Source: Mobula hypostoma (taxonomy: Eukaryota). From it: 64,000 nucleotides of DNA. Below are positions 1 to 11,050 of this stretch, piece by piece (the first letter of the stretch is position 1; the number at the start of each line of letters is the position of its first letter). Location of the stretch: assembly GCF_963921235.1 (NCBI RefSeq), contig NC_086098.1, positions 5,208,001 to 5,272,000 of the forward strand, read 5' to 3'. The notes under the pieces were generated by a model that saw nothing but the letters and a program-made list of their open reading frames with translations, was not told the DNA's origin and did not search any database. A program made the translations under genes and the position numbers.

Positions 1-771
1 CTTATTACGAATGCTCCTTGCATTGACACATAAAGCCTTCAGGCGCTCTTTTACAACTCTCTTAGCCCTTTTTAATGCTTGCCCTGGATTTGTCGGCCTG
101 CCACTTTTACTTTTCCCCTTTGTACTTTTTGCTTCTACGCTCACTTTACACCCCTCTGTCTCTCTGCACTGGTTCCCATCCCTCTGTTGTGAACTAACCT
201 CCTCACACCTAGCCTCTTTAATTTGATTCCCACCCCCCAACCATTCTAGTTTAAAGTCACCTCAGTAGCCCCCGCTAATCTCCCTGCCAGGATATTGGTC
301 CCCCTAGGATTTAAGTGTAACCCGTCCTTTTTGTACAGGTCACACCTGCGCCAAAAGAGGTCCCAATGATCCAAAAACTTGAATCCCTGCCCCCTGCTCC
401 AATCCCTCAGCCACGCATTTATCCTCCACCTCATCGCATTCCTACTCTCACTGTCGCGTGGCACAGGCAGTAATCCCGAGATTACTACCTTTGCGGTCCT
501 TTTTCTCAACTCCCTTCCTAGCTCCCTATATTCTTCTTTCAGGACCTCATCCCTTTTCCTACCTATGTCATTGGTACCTATATGTACCAGGACCTCTGGC
601 TCTTCACCCTCCCACTTCAGGATATCTTGGACACGATCAGAAATATCCCGGACCCTGGCACCAGGGAGGCAAACTACCATCCGAGTCTCTGGACTGCGTC
701 CACAGAATCGCCTATCTGACCCCCTTACTATCGAGTCCCCTATCACAACTGCCCTCCTCTTCCTTGCCCTA
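1..771 (-). mobile_element. Young CR1 LINE, 5'-truncated, running off the window; ORF1 SGNH esterase domain (246-771) and start of ORF2
   Basis: IGDSIVRG, VHIGTNDIG and DGLHLN motifs; 1-297 is a near-identical reverse complement of 2451-2746. Confidence 0.9.
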
Positions 772-1451
772 CCATAGGGCAAGGAAGACATGAACTGATT
801 AGGGATAGTCAGTATGGTTTTGTGTGTGGAAAGCAGTGTCTAACCAATTTTATGGAGTTTTTCAAGGAAGTTACCAGGAAAATTGATGAAAACAAGGCAG
901 ACAAATTGTCCACGTAGACTTTAGCAAAGTATTTGACAAGGTCCCTCATGTGAGGCTGGCCAAGAAGGTTCAGTCACTCAGCATTCAAGATGAGGTATTA
1001 AATTGGATTAGACACTGGCTTTGTGGGAGAAGCCAGAGAGTGGTAATAGATGGTTGTCTCTCTGACTGGAGACCTGTGACTATTGGTGTGCTGCAGAGAT
1101 CGGTGCTGGGTTCCATGTTGTTTATCAACTATATCACTGATCTGGATGAGAATGTGCTTAATTGGATCAGCAAATTTGCAGATGACACCAAGAGTGAGGG
1201 TGTACTGAACAGTGAGGAAGACTATTAGAGGTTGCAGCAGGATCTGCAGTAGTTGGAAAAGTGGGCGGAAAAATGGCAGATAGAATTTAATGCAGACAAG
1301 TGTGAGGTGTTGCATTTCGGTAGGACCAACCAGGGTAGGACTTACACAGTGAATGGCAGGGCAATGAGGACTGTGGTAGAACAAATAAATCTGGGAATAC
1401 AAATCCATAATTTATTAAAAGTTGCAGCAAAGATAGATAGGGTCTTAAAGC

Positions 1452-2049
1452 AACACACATAAAAGTTGCTGGTGAACGCAGCAGGCCAGGCAGCATCTCT
1501 AGGAAGAGGTACAGTCGATGTTTCAGGCCGAGGCCCTTCGTCAGGACTAACTGAAGGAAGAGCTAGTAAGAGATTTGAAAGTGGGAGGGGGAGGGGGAGA
1601 TCCAAAACGATAGGAGAAGACAGGAGGGGGAGGGATGGAGCCAAGAGCTGGACAGGTGATTGGCAAAAGGGATATGAGAGGATCATGGGACAGGAGGCCG
1701 AGGGAGAGGGAGAAGGGAGAGGGAGGGGAAAACCCAGAGGATGGGCAAGGGGTATAGTGAGAGGGACAGAGGGAGAAAAAGGAGAGAGAGAAGAAGAATG
1801 TGTGTATATAAATAAATAACGGTGGGGTACGAGGGGGAGATGGGGCATTAGTGGAAGTTTGTAAAGTCAATGTTCATGCCATCAGGTTGGAGGCTACCCA
1901 GACGGAATATAAGGTGTTGTTCCTCCAACCTGAGTGTGGCTTCATCTTTACAGTAGAGGAGGCTGTGGATAGACATGTCAGAATGGGAATGGGATGTGGA
2001 ATTAAAATGTGTGGCCACTGGGAGTTCCTGCTTTCTCTGGCGGACAGAG
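1452..2049 (-). mobile_element. Penelope-like element 3' fragment (GIY-YIG C-terminus and terminal repeat with hammerhead motif)
   Basis: Minus strand encodes DEATLRLEEQHLIFRLGSLQPDGMNIDF; TSD cttaaagc at 1444-1451 and 2050-2057. Confidence 0.8.
1513..1548 (-). ncRNA. Minimal type I hammerhead ribozyme-like motif (stem III decayed to ACAU)
   Basis: agtc-CTGACGA-agggcctcggcct-GAAA-CATC-gact; stem I agtc/gact, stem II agg/cct. Confidence 0.65.
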
Positions 2050-2450
2050 CTTAAAGCTTTTGGCGTTGGCCTTCTGAAATCAATATGTTGTGAACAGGAG
2101 ATGGGATGTTATGTTGAAGTTGTATAAGACATTGGTGAGGCCTAATTCGGAGTATTGTGTGCAGTTTTGGTCACCGACCTACAGCAAAGATGTAAACACA
2201 GATGAGAGAGTACAGATAAAATTTACAAGGATATTGCCAGGTCTGCAGGATCTGAGTTATAAGGAAATATTGAACAGGTTGGGACTGTATTCTTTAAAAC
2301 ATAGGAGATTGAGAAGAGATTTGATAGTCATACAAAATTATGTGGGGTATAGATAAGGTAAACGCAAGCAGGCTTTTTTCACTGAAGTAGAGTGGGACAA
2401 GAACCAGAGGTTATGGATTAAAGATGAAAGGTAAAATGTTTAAGGAGGAC

Positions 2451-5400
2451 AATATCCTGGCAGGGAGATTAGCGGGGGCTACTGAGGTGACTTTAAACTA
2501 GAATGGTTGGGGGGTGGGAATCAAATTAAAGCGGCTAGGTGTGAGGAGGTTAGTTTACAACAGAGGGATGGGAACCAGTGCAGAGAGACAGAGGGGTGTA
2601 AAGTGAGCGTAGAAGCAAAAAGTACAAAGGGGAAAAGTAAAAGTGGCAGGCCGACAAATCCAGGGCAAGCATTAAAAAGGGCTAAGAGAGTTGTAAAAGT
2701 GCGCCTGAAGGCTTTATGTGTCAATGCAAGGAGCATTCGTAATAAGGTGGATGAATTGAAAGTGCAGATTGTTATTAATGATTATGATATAGTTGGGATC
2801 ACAGAGACATGGCTCCAGGGTGACCAGGGATGGGAGCTCAACGTTCAGGGATATTCAATATTCAGGAGGGATAGACATGAAGGAAGGGGAGGTGGGGTGG
2901 CGTTGCTGGTTAAAAAAGAGATTAACGCAATAGAAAGGAAGGACATAAGCCGGGAAGATGTGGAATCGATATGGGTAGAGCTGCGTAACACTAAGGGGCA
3001 GAAGACGCTGATGGGAGTTGTGTACAGGCCACCTAACAGTAGTAGTGAGGTCGGAGATGGTATTAAACAGGAAATTAGAAATGTGTGCAATAAAGGAACA
3101 GCAGTTATAATGGGTGACTTCAATCTACATGTAGATTGGGTGAACCAAATTGGTAAAGGTGCTGAGGAAGAGGATTTCTTGGAATGTATGCGGGATGGTT
3201 TTTTGAACCAACATGTCGAGGAACCGACTAGAGAGCAGGCTATTCTGGACTGGGTTTTGAGCAATGAGGAAGGGTTAATTAGCGATCTTGTCGTGAGAGG
3301 CCCCTTGGGTAAGAGTGACCATAATATGGTGGAATTCTTCATTAACATGGAGAGTGACGTAGTTAATTCAGAAACAAAGGTTCTGAACTTAAAGAGGGGT
3401 AACTTTGAAGGTATGAGACGTGAATTAGCTAAGATAGACTGGCAAATGACACTTCAAGGATTGACGGTGGATATGCAATGGCAGGCATTTAAAGGTTGCA
3501 TGGATGAACTACAACAATTGTTCATCCCAGTTTGGCAAAAGAATAAATCAAGGAAGGTAGTGCACCCGTGGCTGACAGGAGAAATTAGGGATAGTATCAA
3601 TTCCAAAGAAGTAGCATACAAATTAGCCAGAGAAAGTGGCTCACCTGAGGACTAGGAGAAATTCAGAGTTCAGCAGAGGAGGACTAAGGGCTTAATTAGG
3701 AAGGGGAAAAAAGATTATGAGAGAAAACTGGCAGAGAACATAAAAACGGACTGTAAAAGCTTTTATAGATATGTAAAAAGGAAAAGACTGATAAAGACAA
3801 ATGTAGGTCCCCTGCAAACAGAAACAGGTGAATTGATTATGGGGAGCAAGGACATGGCAGACCAATTGAATAATTACTTTGGTTCTGTCTTCACTAAGGA
3901 GGACATAAATAATCTTCCAGAAATAGTAAGGGACAGAGGGTCCAGTGAGATGGAGGAACTGAGCGAAATACATGTTAGTAGGGAAGTGGTGTTAGGTAAA
4001 TTGAAGGGATTGAAGGCAGATAAATCCCCAGGGCCAGATGGTCTGCATCCCAGAGTGCTTAAGGAAGTGGCCCAAGAAATAGTGGATGCATTAGTGATAA
4101 TTTTTCAAAACTCGTTAGATTCTGGACTAGTTCCTGAGGATTGGAGGGTGGCTAATGTAACCCCACTTTTTAAAAAAGGAGGGAGAGAGAAACCGGGGAA
4201 TTATAGGCCGGTTAGCCTAACGTCGGTGGTGGGGAAACTGCTGGAGTCAGTTATCAAGGATGTGATAACAGCACATTTGGAAAGCGGTGAAATGATCGGA
4301 CAAAGTCAGCATGGATTTGTGAAAGGAAAATCATGTCTGACGAATCTCATAGAATTTTTTGAGGATGTAACTAGTAGAGTGGATAGGGGAGAACCAGTGG
4401 ATGTGGTATATTTGGATTTTCAAAAGGCTTTTGACAAGGTCCTACACAGGAGATTAGTGTGCAAACTTAAAGCACACGGTATTGGGGGTAAGGTATTGGT
4501 GTGGGTGGAGAATTGGTTAGCAGACAGGAAGCAAAGAGTGGGAATAAACGGGACCTTTTCAGAATGGCAGGCGGTGACTAGTGGGGTACCGCAAGGCTCA
4601 GTGCTGGGACCCCAGTTGTTTACAATATATATTAATGACTTGGATGAGGGAATTAAATGCAGCATCTCCAAGTTTGCGATGACACAAAGCTGGGTGGCAG
4701 TGTTAGCAGTGAGGAGGATGCTAAGAGGATGCAGGGTGACTTGGATAGGTTGGGTGAGTGGGCAAACTCATGGCAGATGCAATTTAATGTGGATAAATGT
4801 GAAGTTATCCACTTTGGTGGCAAAAATAGGAAAACAGATTATTATCTGAATGGTGGCCGATTAGGAAAAGGGGAGGTGCAACGAGACCTGGGTGTCATTA
4901 TACACCAGTCATTGAAAGTGGGCATGCAGGTACAGCAGGCGGTGAAAAAGGCGAACGGTATGCTGGCATTTATAGCGAGAGGATTCGAGTACAGGAGCAG
5001 GGAGGTACTACTGCAGTTGTACAAGGCCTTGGTGAGACCACACCTGGAGTATTGTGTGCAGTTTTGGTCCCCTAATCTGAGGAAAGACATCTTTGCCATA
5101 GAGGGAGTACAAAGAAGGTTCACCAGATTGATTCCTGGGATGGCAGGTCTTTCATATGAAGAAAAACTGGATGAACTGGGCTTGTACTCGTTGGAATTTA
5201 GAAGATTGAGGGGGGATCTGATTGAAACATATAAGATCCTAAAGGGATTGGACAGGCTAGATGCGGGAAGATTGTTCCCGATGTTGGGGAGGTCTAGAAC
5301 GAGGGGTCACAGTTTGAGGATAGAGGGGAAGCCTTTTAGGACCGAGGTTAGGAAAAACTTCTTCACACAGAGAGTGGTGAATCTGTGGAATTCTCTGCCA

Positions 5401-5615
5401 CAGCAAACTGTTGAGGCCAGTTCATTAGCTATGTTTAAAAGGAAGTTAGATATGGCCCTTGTGGCTACAGGGGTCAGGGGGTATGGAGGGAAGGCTGGGG
5501 CGGGGTTCTGAGTTGGATGATCAGCCATGATCATAATAAATGGCGGTGCAGGCTCGAAGGGCCGAATGGCCTACTCCTGCACCTATTTTCTATGTTTCTA
5601 TGTCTATGTTTCTAT
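2451..5615 (+). mobile_element. Young CR1 LINE, 5'-truncated at the ORF1 end; APE-RT ORF2 with one premature stop (3653-3655) and one 1-nt deletion (about 4677)
   Basis: NARS/ETW/GDFN/SDH APE motifs; [17 protein letters not shown] and FA(DD)TK RT motifs; (TTTCTATG)n tail; possible TSD gaca 2448-2451/5616-5619. Confidence 0.93.
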
Positions 5616-6669
5616 GACATGAGGTGAAACTTCTTCACTCAGAGGATCACGAGTGTGGAACAAGTTGTTGGTATAAGTGGTGCTTGCCAATGTTTAGGAG
5701 AAGTTTTGGATGGGTAGGGATATGGAGGGTTATGGTCCAGGTTCAGGTGGATGGGAGGAGGCAGTTTAAATGAATGGCCAAAGAGCCTCTTTCTGTGCTG
5801 TACGTTCCTAAGACTCTGACATCAAAGTCATGATTGGAGCATTTGAAAAAGAAAGAAAGATTAGTTTTGACACATATACATTGCAGCATACAGTGAAATA
5901 ACCAATACAGCTCAAAGATGTGCTGGGGGCAGCCTTCAAGTGTCCAAACCAATTCAGTATGCTCACAACTTATGGGTGATTCATAGGGGGGGGACTATTT
6001 AATACAACTTAGCATCAGGATCAGCATAAGATCACGGGCCGATTGGCCTGCCCAGTGTTGTGCTGTTCACTGTTTTGTGTCATAAGGAAACATGAAGCCA
6101 TGTTGATTTCCAAGGACAGCTCTAACTAAGCAGCCACCCATTATATCTCAAAATGACAGGAATTATCAACTCCCAAAATATTGTGTATATTGCTAACTTG
6201 CAGAAGTACCGATCAGTAGATGTAAATAAAGATTTACCTCAGATGGTAAGAAAGTCATAAGATGAAAAGTTGAATTAGTTTGGAGCATGCTTTTACAAGC
6301 TACCTTCAATGGCAATGAAAAATAAAAATAATAAAACGACATTGATTTTCTCTGGGCCCTTCGATACATATTGAGCAACACTTCAGAGATTTTGCTCGAT
6401 GCACTAGTAGCCTGGACCACGTGCATTAGAGCTGATCTCATGTTCCTTCCCGTGATATACTTAGTTCATCAAGTCAAGTCAAAGTTCAAAGCAAATTTAT
6501 TATCAAAGTGCATATATAACACCCTGAGATTAATTCCTTTGCAGGCATTGCCAGTAAATACAAAGAAACACAATAGAATTGGTAAAAGACCACACACATC
6601 AAAGACAGACAAAAAACCAATGGGCAGAAGACAACAAATTGTGCAGATACAAAAGAAATAAATCAGCAA

Positions 6670-7062
6670 TTTTGGGTAGAAGGAGCTCGTCAGCCTAGGA
6701 AGGCAGTCCATCTAAGAGAGGGAAAACTCTGATTTCAAACCTCCGCTGCCTTGCGGCCATACCCACTCATGGGAAAGGCTTTGGGAGTAAACCCTGAGGA
6801 CAAATCCGGAGCTGGGGTCCCTAAGGCAGTCCGACGTTGCCTTCAGCTTCATTCTGGCAACTCCTGTGATGACACTGGTGCCAAGCTGTATCAGCCCTTG
6901 ACCTTCCCTTGGACAATATTGGTGTCATGGAGAGGGGAGACTTGCAGCATGGGCAGCTGCCGGTCTTCCATACAACCTTGTCCAGGCCTGCGCCCTGGAG
7001 AGGACAAGCAAGACTTTCCAGGCGCAGATCCATGGTCTTGTGAGACTAACGGATACCACTGA
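6670..7062 (+). mobile_element. RTE-clade-derived fragment (related inverted copy at about 15820-16300)
   Basis: ggcagtccatctaagagagggaaaactctgatttcaaacc motif recalled from RTE 5' regions; repeated on the opposite strand at 16180-16240. Confidence 0.5.
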
Positions 7063-7099
7063 AATGAGCAATATTAAATGAGTTCATTAGTTGTGGGAT

Positions 7100-7340
7100 C
7101 AGTGTAGGGGGGAGTAAAGTTGAGTGAAGTTATTCCCCTGGTTCAAGAGTCTGATAGTTGAGGGGTAATAACTGCCTCCTGAACCTGGTGGTGAGAGTCC
7201 TGAGACTCCTGTGCCTCCTGCATGATGGTAATAACAAGAAGAGAGAATGTTCTGGATGATGGGGATCCTTGATTATGAATGCTGCTTTCCTGCCACCACA
7301 CTCCTTCTGGAAGTTAATCGTGGGGAGGGCTTTACCCATG
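7100..7340 (-). mobile_element. Rex1/Babar-like LINE 3' fragment
   Basis: KAAFIIKDPHHPEHSLFLLLPS..RRHRSLRTLTTRFR. Confidence 0.65.
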
Positions 7341-7489
7341 ATGGACTCAGTCTATGCCAGGTCTTAGCAGTAACTCCAATGTTTTCCATTGTCTTTCCAC
7401 TTGACCCGGGGGAGCTGGCTCCAGGACTCTCTCGATCCTCACACCTTAAAAGATGATTGCACCCCCATCCTCCCCAATAAGATTCTTAA

Positions 7490-8130
7490 CATTATGGAGG
7501 AACAGATGGACCTTGGGCTCCATGTCCACAGATCCCTCAGCAACCGTGTAAGCTAATATGGTGGTTAAGAAGGCATATAGTGGGTTGGCCTCCATTAATC
7601 AGGGGGTTGAGTTGCATTTCTATAAAACCCTGGTTAGACCACACTTTGGAGTATTGTATTCAGTCTGGCTGACTCATTATAGGGGAGAATGTGGAAGCTT
7701 TAGAGAGGGTGCAGAGATTCATCAGGATACTGCCTAGTTTAGATAACATGTCTTATGAGGAAAGGTTGAGAGAGCTCTTTGGAATGGAGGGGGATGAGAT
7801 GTGACTTGATAAGAGGCATAGATGGAGTGTACATCCAGTGCCTTTTCCCTGGGGGAAATGGCTCATATGAGGGGGCATAAACTTAAGGTGATTGGAAGAA
7901 AGTATTAAGGGGATGTTAGAGGTAGCCCATTTACACAAAGAGTGGTGGGTCAGGGTGGTGGTAAGAGACAGATACATTAGGGACATTTAGCAGACTTGTA
8001 GATAAGTACACGTGAAAGACAGTGGAGGATTCTGTGTGAGGAAGAGGTTAAATCAACCTTAAAGTGGGTTGAAAGTGTTGACACATTGTGCGCCAAAGGG
8101 CCTATACTGTGATCTATTGTTTTTATGTTC
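7490..8130 (+). mobile_element. Degenerate CR1 3' fragment
   Basis: YKTLVRPH, ALERVQR and gggcctatactgt...tatgttct tail remnants. Confidence 0.7.
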
Positions 8131-8869
8131 TAAAACCCTTCTAACCAGAGATCTGCCAACCCTTTGAACACACCCACCACCTTGCCAGACTGAACAGCCC
8201 AATCAATCTTAACCCTAATACACCTCCTAACCTCCCTTACCAACAATAGATTCTGATCCCTTTGCCTAGTAATTGACTTCAATTTTCCCACTGATCCATA
8301 ACTCACCTCTTCCTAATCTCTGTCTCCTTCCCACACAACTTCATTCATCCCACCTCACTGTTGCTTACCCGACACCCTTTAAAGAGCAGGCTGATGGGAG
8401 GCCTTCAGTTGTGTAGGGACTGTTCATTCATGCACAATCCCATAAGGCTTGCCTGGACCATCTGCTTGCTGGCATGCCGTGAATTGGTAGTTTAACACAC
8501 CTTTTAATTTCTGGACAATATTACGCTCTGTAGACGGTTTACACCGACAGCATAAGATTGGCACTATCACAGAGAATGCGATGGACTCAGTAGTAATCAG
8601 GACTTGAGTTCAAACTATACTCTGAGTAATGTTAATACACACAATCTCCAGTGGATGAAAATCTAACCACCTCCCTTTAAATTTCAAAATGCTAAATCTG
8701 CAGATGCAGGAAATCTGAAATAATAGTACAAGAAGTCCAGACATAAAGGATTAAGATTTAGCAAAAAAGATCTTGACCGTGTACCCTATCTATGCTAGAT
8801 ACAGAATCCCTGTCAATGATTTGGTCACCTCCTTCTTTATGCCTACCCCATCTACTCTTCTGGCTGCCT

Positions 8870-9440
8870 TGATGAAGCAGCCAGCATGATCAAAGATCCA
8901 CCCACCTGGATTATTCTCTCTTCTCCCCTCTTCCGTCATGCAGAAAATACAAACCTGTGAAGCCGCATCCCACCAGGCCCAAGGGCAGCATTTATCCTGC
9001 CATTGGAAGACTACTGAATGATTTCTTTATATCATAAAATGGATTCTTGACCTCACTTCTCTTGGCCCCAGGCGTTGACTGTACTCTTCTTCAGATGCTG
9101 TCTGGGCTGCTGTGTTCCTCCAGCATTTTGCGTGTGTTCTATGCACCTCGCTGGACTTCACTGCAGCTGTACTTTACTCTGCATTCTTCCATCATGCAGA
9201 AAATACAAACGTGTGAAGCCGTGTCAATTCTGTTATTGTTTCACCTTGTACCATGTCAACGCACTGTGTAATAAATTGATCTGTATGGGTGACATTGTTA
9301 AAGACATCCACTCCCCAGGACATGCCCTCTTCTCAATACTACCATCAGAGAGGAGGTACAGGAGCTTGAAGACACATACTCAACATTTTAAGATCAGCTT
9401 CTTCCCCATTACCATCAGATTTCTGAACAGAAAAAGAACC
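8870..9440 (+). mobile_element. Two Rex1/Babar-like 3' fragments with a short Penelope-like end (about 9060-9140)
   Basis: DIHSPGHALFSILPSERRYRSLKTHTQHFKISFFP; gatgctgtctgggctgctgtgttcctccagcattttg. Confidence 0.55.
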
Positions 9441-9631
9441 CATGAACACCAGCTCACTATTTTTGCACTACAGGAATAATTGATACAAAGGCTTTGTTAT
9501 CAAAAAAAAAACCTCATGACAATAAATCCCACACAACATATACCATTTTTCAAATGCATTAATACATTGAACACTTAGTTCTTCATGTGCAGGTAAATAA
9601 TAACAAAGATCAAATTGTAGTGGTATTAAAC

Positions 9632-9637
9632 TTTATT
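9632..9637 (-). terminator. Candidate distal poly(A) signal of MANEAL (about 3.7 kb 3'UTR)
   Basis: AATAAA followed about 15 nt later by CA and a T/GT-rich tract (tttgatctttgttattattt), at the end of an AT-rich, largely unique region. Confidence 0.45.
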
Positions 9638-10181
9638 TTTTGAATTTTAAAGGTTCATGCACCATAAACATAGCACAAAATTTTACAATCTTTTGATTGG
9701 TTTTATATTATAGAAGTAGGAGTTCAGTCTATAAATGTATTTACATGATAGGGGTGACAAGTATGACTGAAGTGTTAAGTCTGAGATTTAGATGCACTCT
9801 GAAAATCTTTGATTGATTTATCGAGCTAGAGCCCAAGGCATTTACCCCTTTGACACATACCGTGACAATAAACATTTTTTCTTTACATAACATACATCTG
9901 ACATCTTTAGCAATATTTCATCCAACAAAAACTTGGATTGTAAGTAATGGTATAGAAATGAAATAATTTATGATAAAGTGTGCTTGCTTGTGTTAAAATA
10001 TTTGAAGCTCCACTACATTTACTACCCATACGCGAGCCTTTCTTCATAATTAAAACCCGCAAGAACATCTATAAAGACTGGAATACCAGACGATACAGTC
10101 ATGTAAAGTTAAGCATAAGCTGGAATTTCACAAGCTTTCAATGTTAACCATCAATACAAAATATGATCAGTACGTTTCCAG

Positions 10182-10527
10182 AGCAACACACTCAAAATGC
10201 TGGAGGAACTCAGCAGGTCAGGCAGCACCTAACAGTCGATGTTTCAGGCTGAGACCCTTCATCAGGACTGGAAAGGAAGGGAAAAGATGCCAGAATAAAA
10301 TGAAGGGAGGGAAAGGAATACAAGCTAGAAGGTGATAGGTGGGGCAAGTAAGAAACTGGGAGGTAACAGATGGAAGGTAAAGGGCAGGAGGAGGAGGAAT
10401 CTGATAAAAGAGGACAGTGGACCATGGGAGAAAGGAGAGAGACCAACAGGGGAAGGTGATAGGCAAGTGCGAAGAGAAGAGGTAAGGGAGTCAGAGTGGT
10501 GAACTGAAGAGGGAAGGGGGAAGGGTG
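10182..10527 (-). mobile_element. Penelope-like terminal fragment in the putative MANEAL 3'UTR, interrupted by a solo LTR (resumes about 11051-11072)
   Basis: Same terminal sequence as 1452-1560 (caacacac..aaatgctggaggaactcagcagg). Confidence 0.75.
10233..10270 (-). ncRNA. Minimal hammerhead ribozyme-like motif, sense to MANEAL
   Basis: cagtc-CTGATGA-agggtctcagcct-GAAA-CATC-gactg; 5-bp stem I. Confidence 0.65.
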
Positions 10528-11050
10528 TGTAATGCTCTGTGAGGTTTCACTGCTAATGATATGGTTTCTCCGTAGCAGCACTGTTTGGGTTATGACTCGA
10601 GATAACGAGGGCTTTGGAATGTGTGCCACCCAATGAGAGGCGTGTTGTTTCTTTTGTGTGTCTGAGAGGAGGTATTCGCAGTCCTTTGTCAAGGACAGAT
10701 GAAGAAAGAAGACATGACAGGAGCGAGCTGGTGGACTGCAGGATGGAGTAAGGGTTTGGGAGTTGATGACACTCGGAGGAAATGGATGGGACGGAAAATC
10801 GTGAGCTCCAAAGTGCACAACAGACTGTTTCATTAAAATGGGCCTTTTTTCTCTTTGTTTCTGTACTAACTTAAGAATTATAAAGCTCAACTGTTTGATT
10901 GCATCTGGTGTACCGTCTGATCTTTCGTGGTACTGAGTTGTAACGGGAACACATCACGCAGCATCCGTAGAAATGAGATTTCATCAGTTTGGCAGGGGAG
11001 GCGACTGTCTTCCCCTAGATTAACACAGCCCATCGAATCTGGCGGTTACA
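10528..11050. mobile_element. Solo LTR (523 bp), Gypsy/ERV-type
   Basis: Termini TGTAA...TTACA, flanked by 4-bp TSD ggtg (10524-10527, 11051-11054). Confidence 0.8.

Larger units (their letters stand above)
789..5810 (+). mobile_element. Old degenerate CR1 ORF2/3' end in three pieces (789-1443, 2058-2450, 5616-5810) split by later insertions
   Basis: SKFADDTK, W(Q)IEFNADKCEVLHFG and LYKTLVRP remnants continue across the insertions. Confidence 0.8.

Noticed and set aside
379..5534. Many 60-170 aa antisense or alternate-frame ORFs repeated at several loci
   Set aside because: Shadow frames of CR1 and Penelope-like copies; they recur only because the elements are repeated
5581..5615. Short tandem repeats such as (TTTCTATG)n and (TCTTATGG)n recurring through the window
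   Set aside because: Ordinary CR1 3' microsatellite tails, not CRISPR or regulatory arrays
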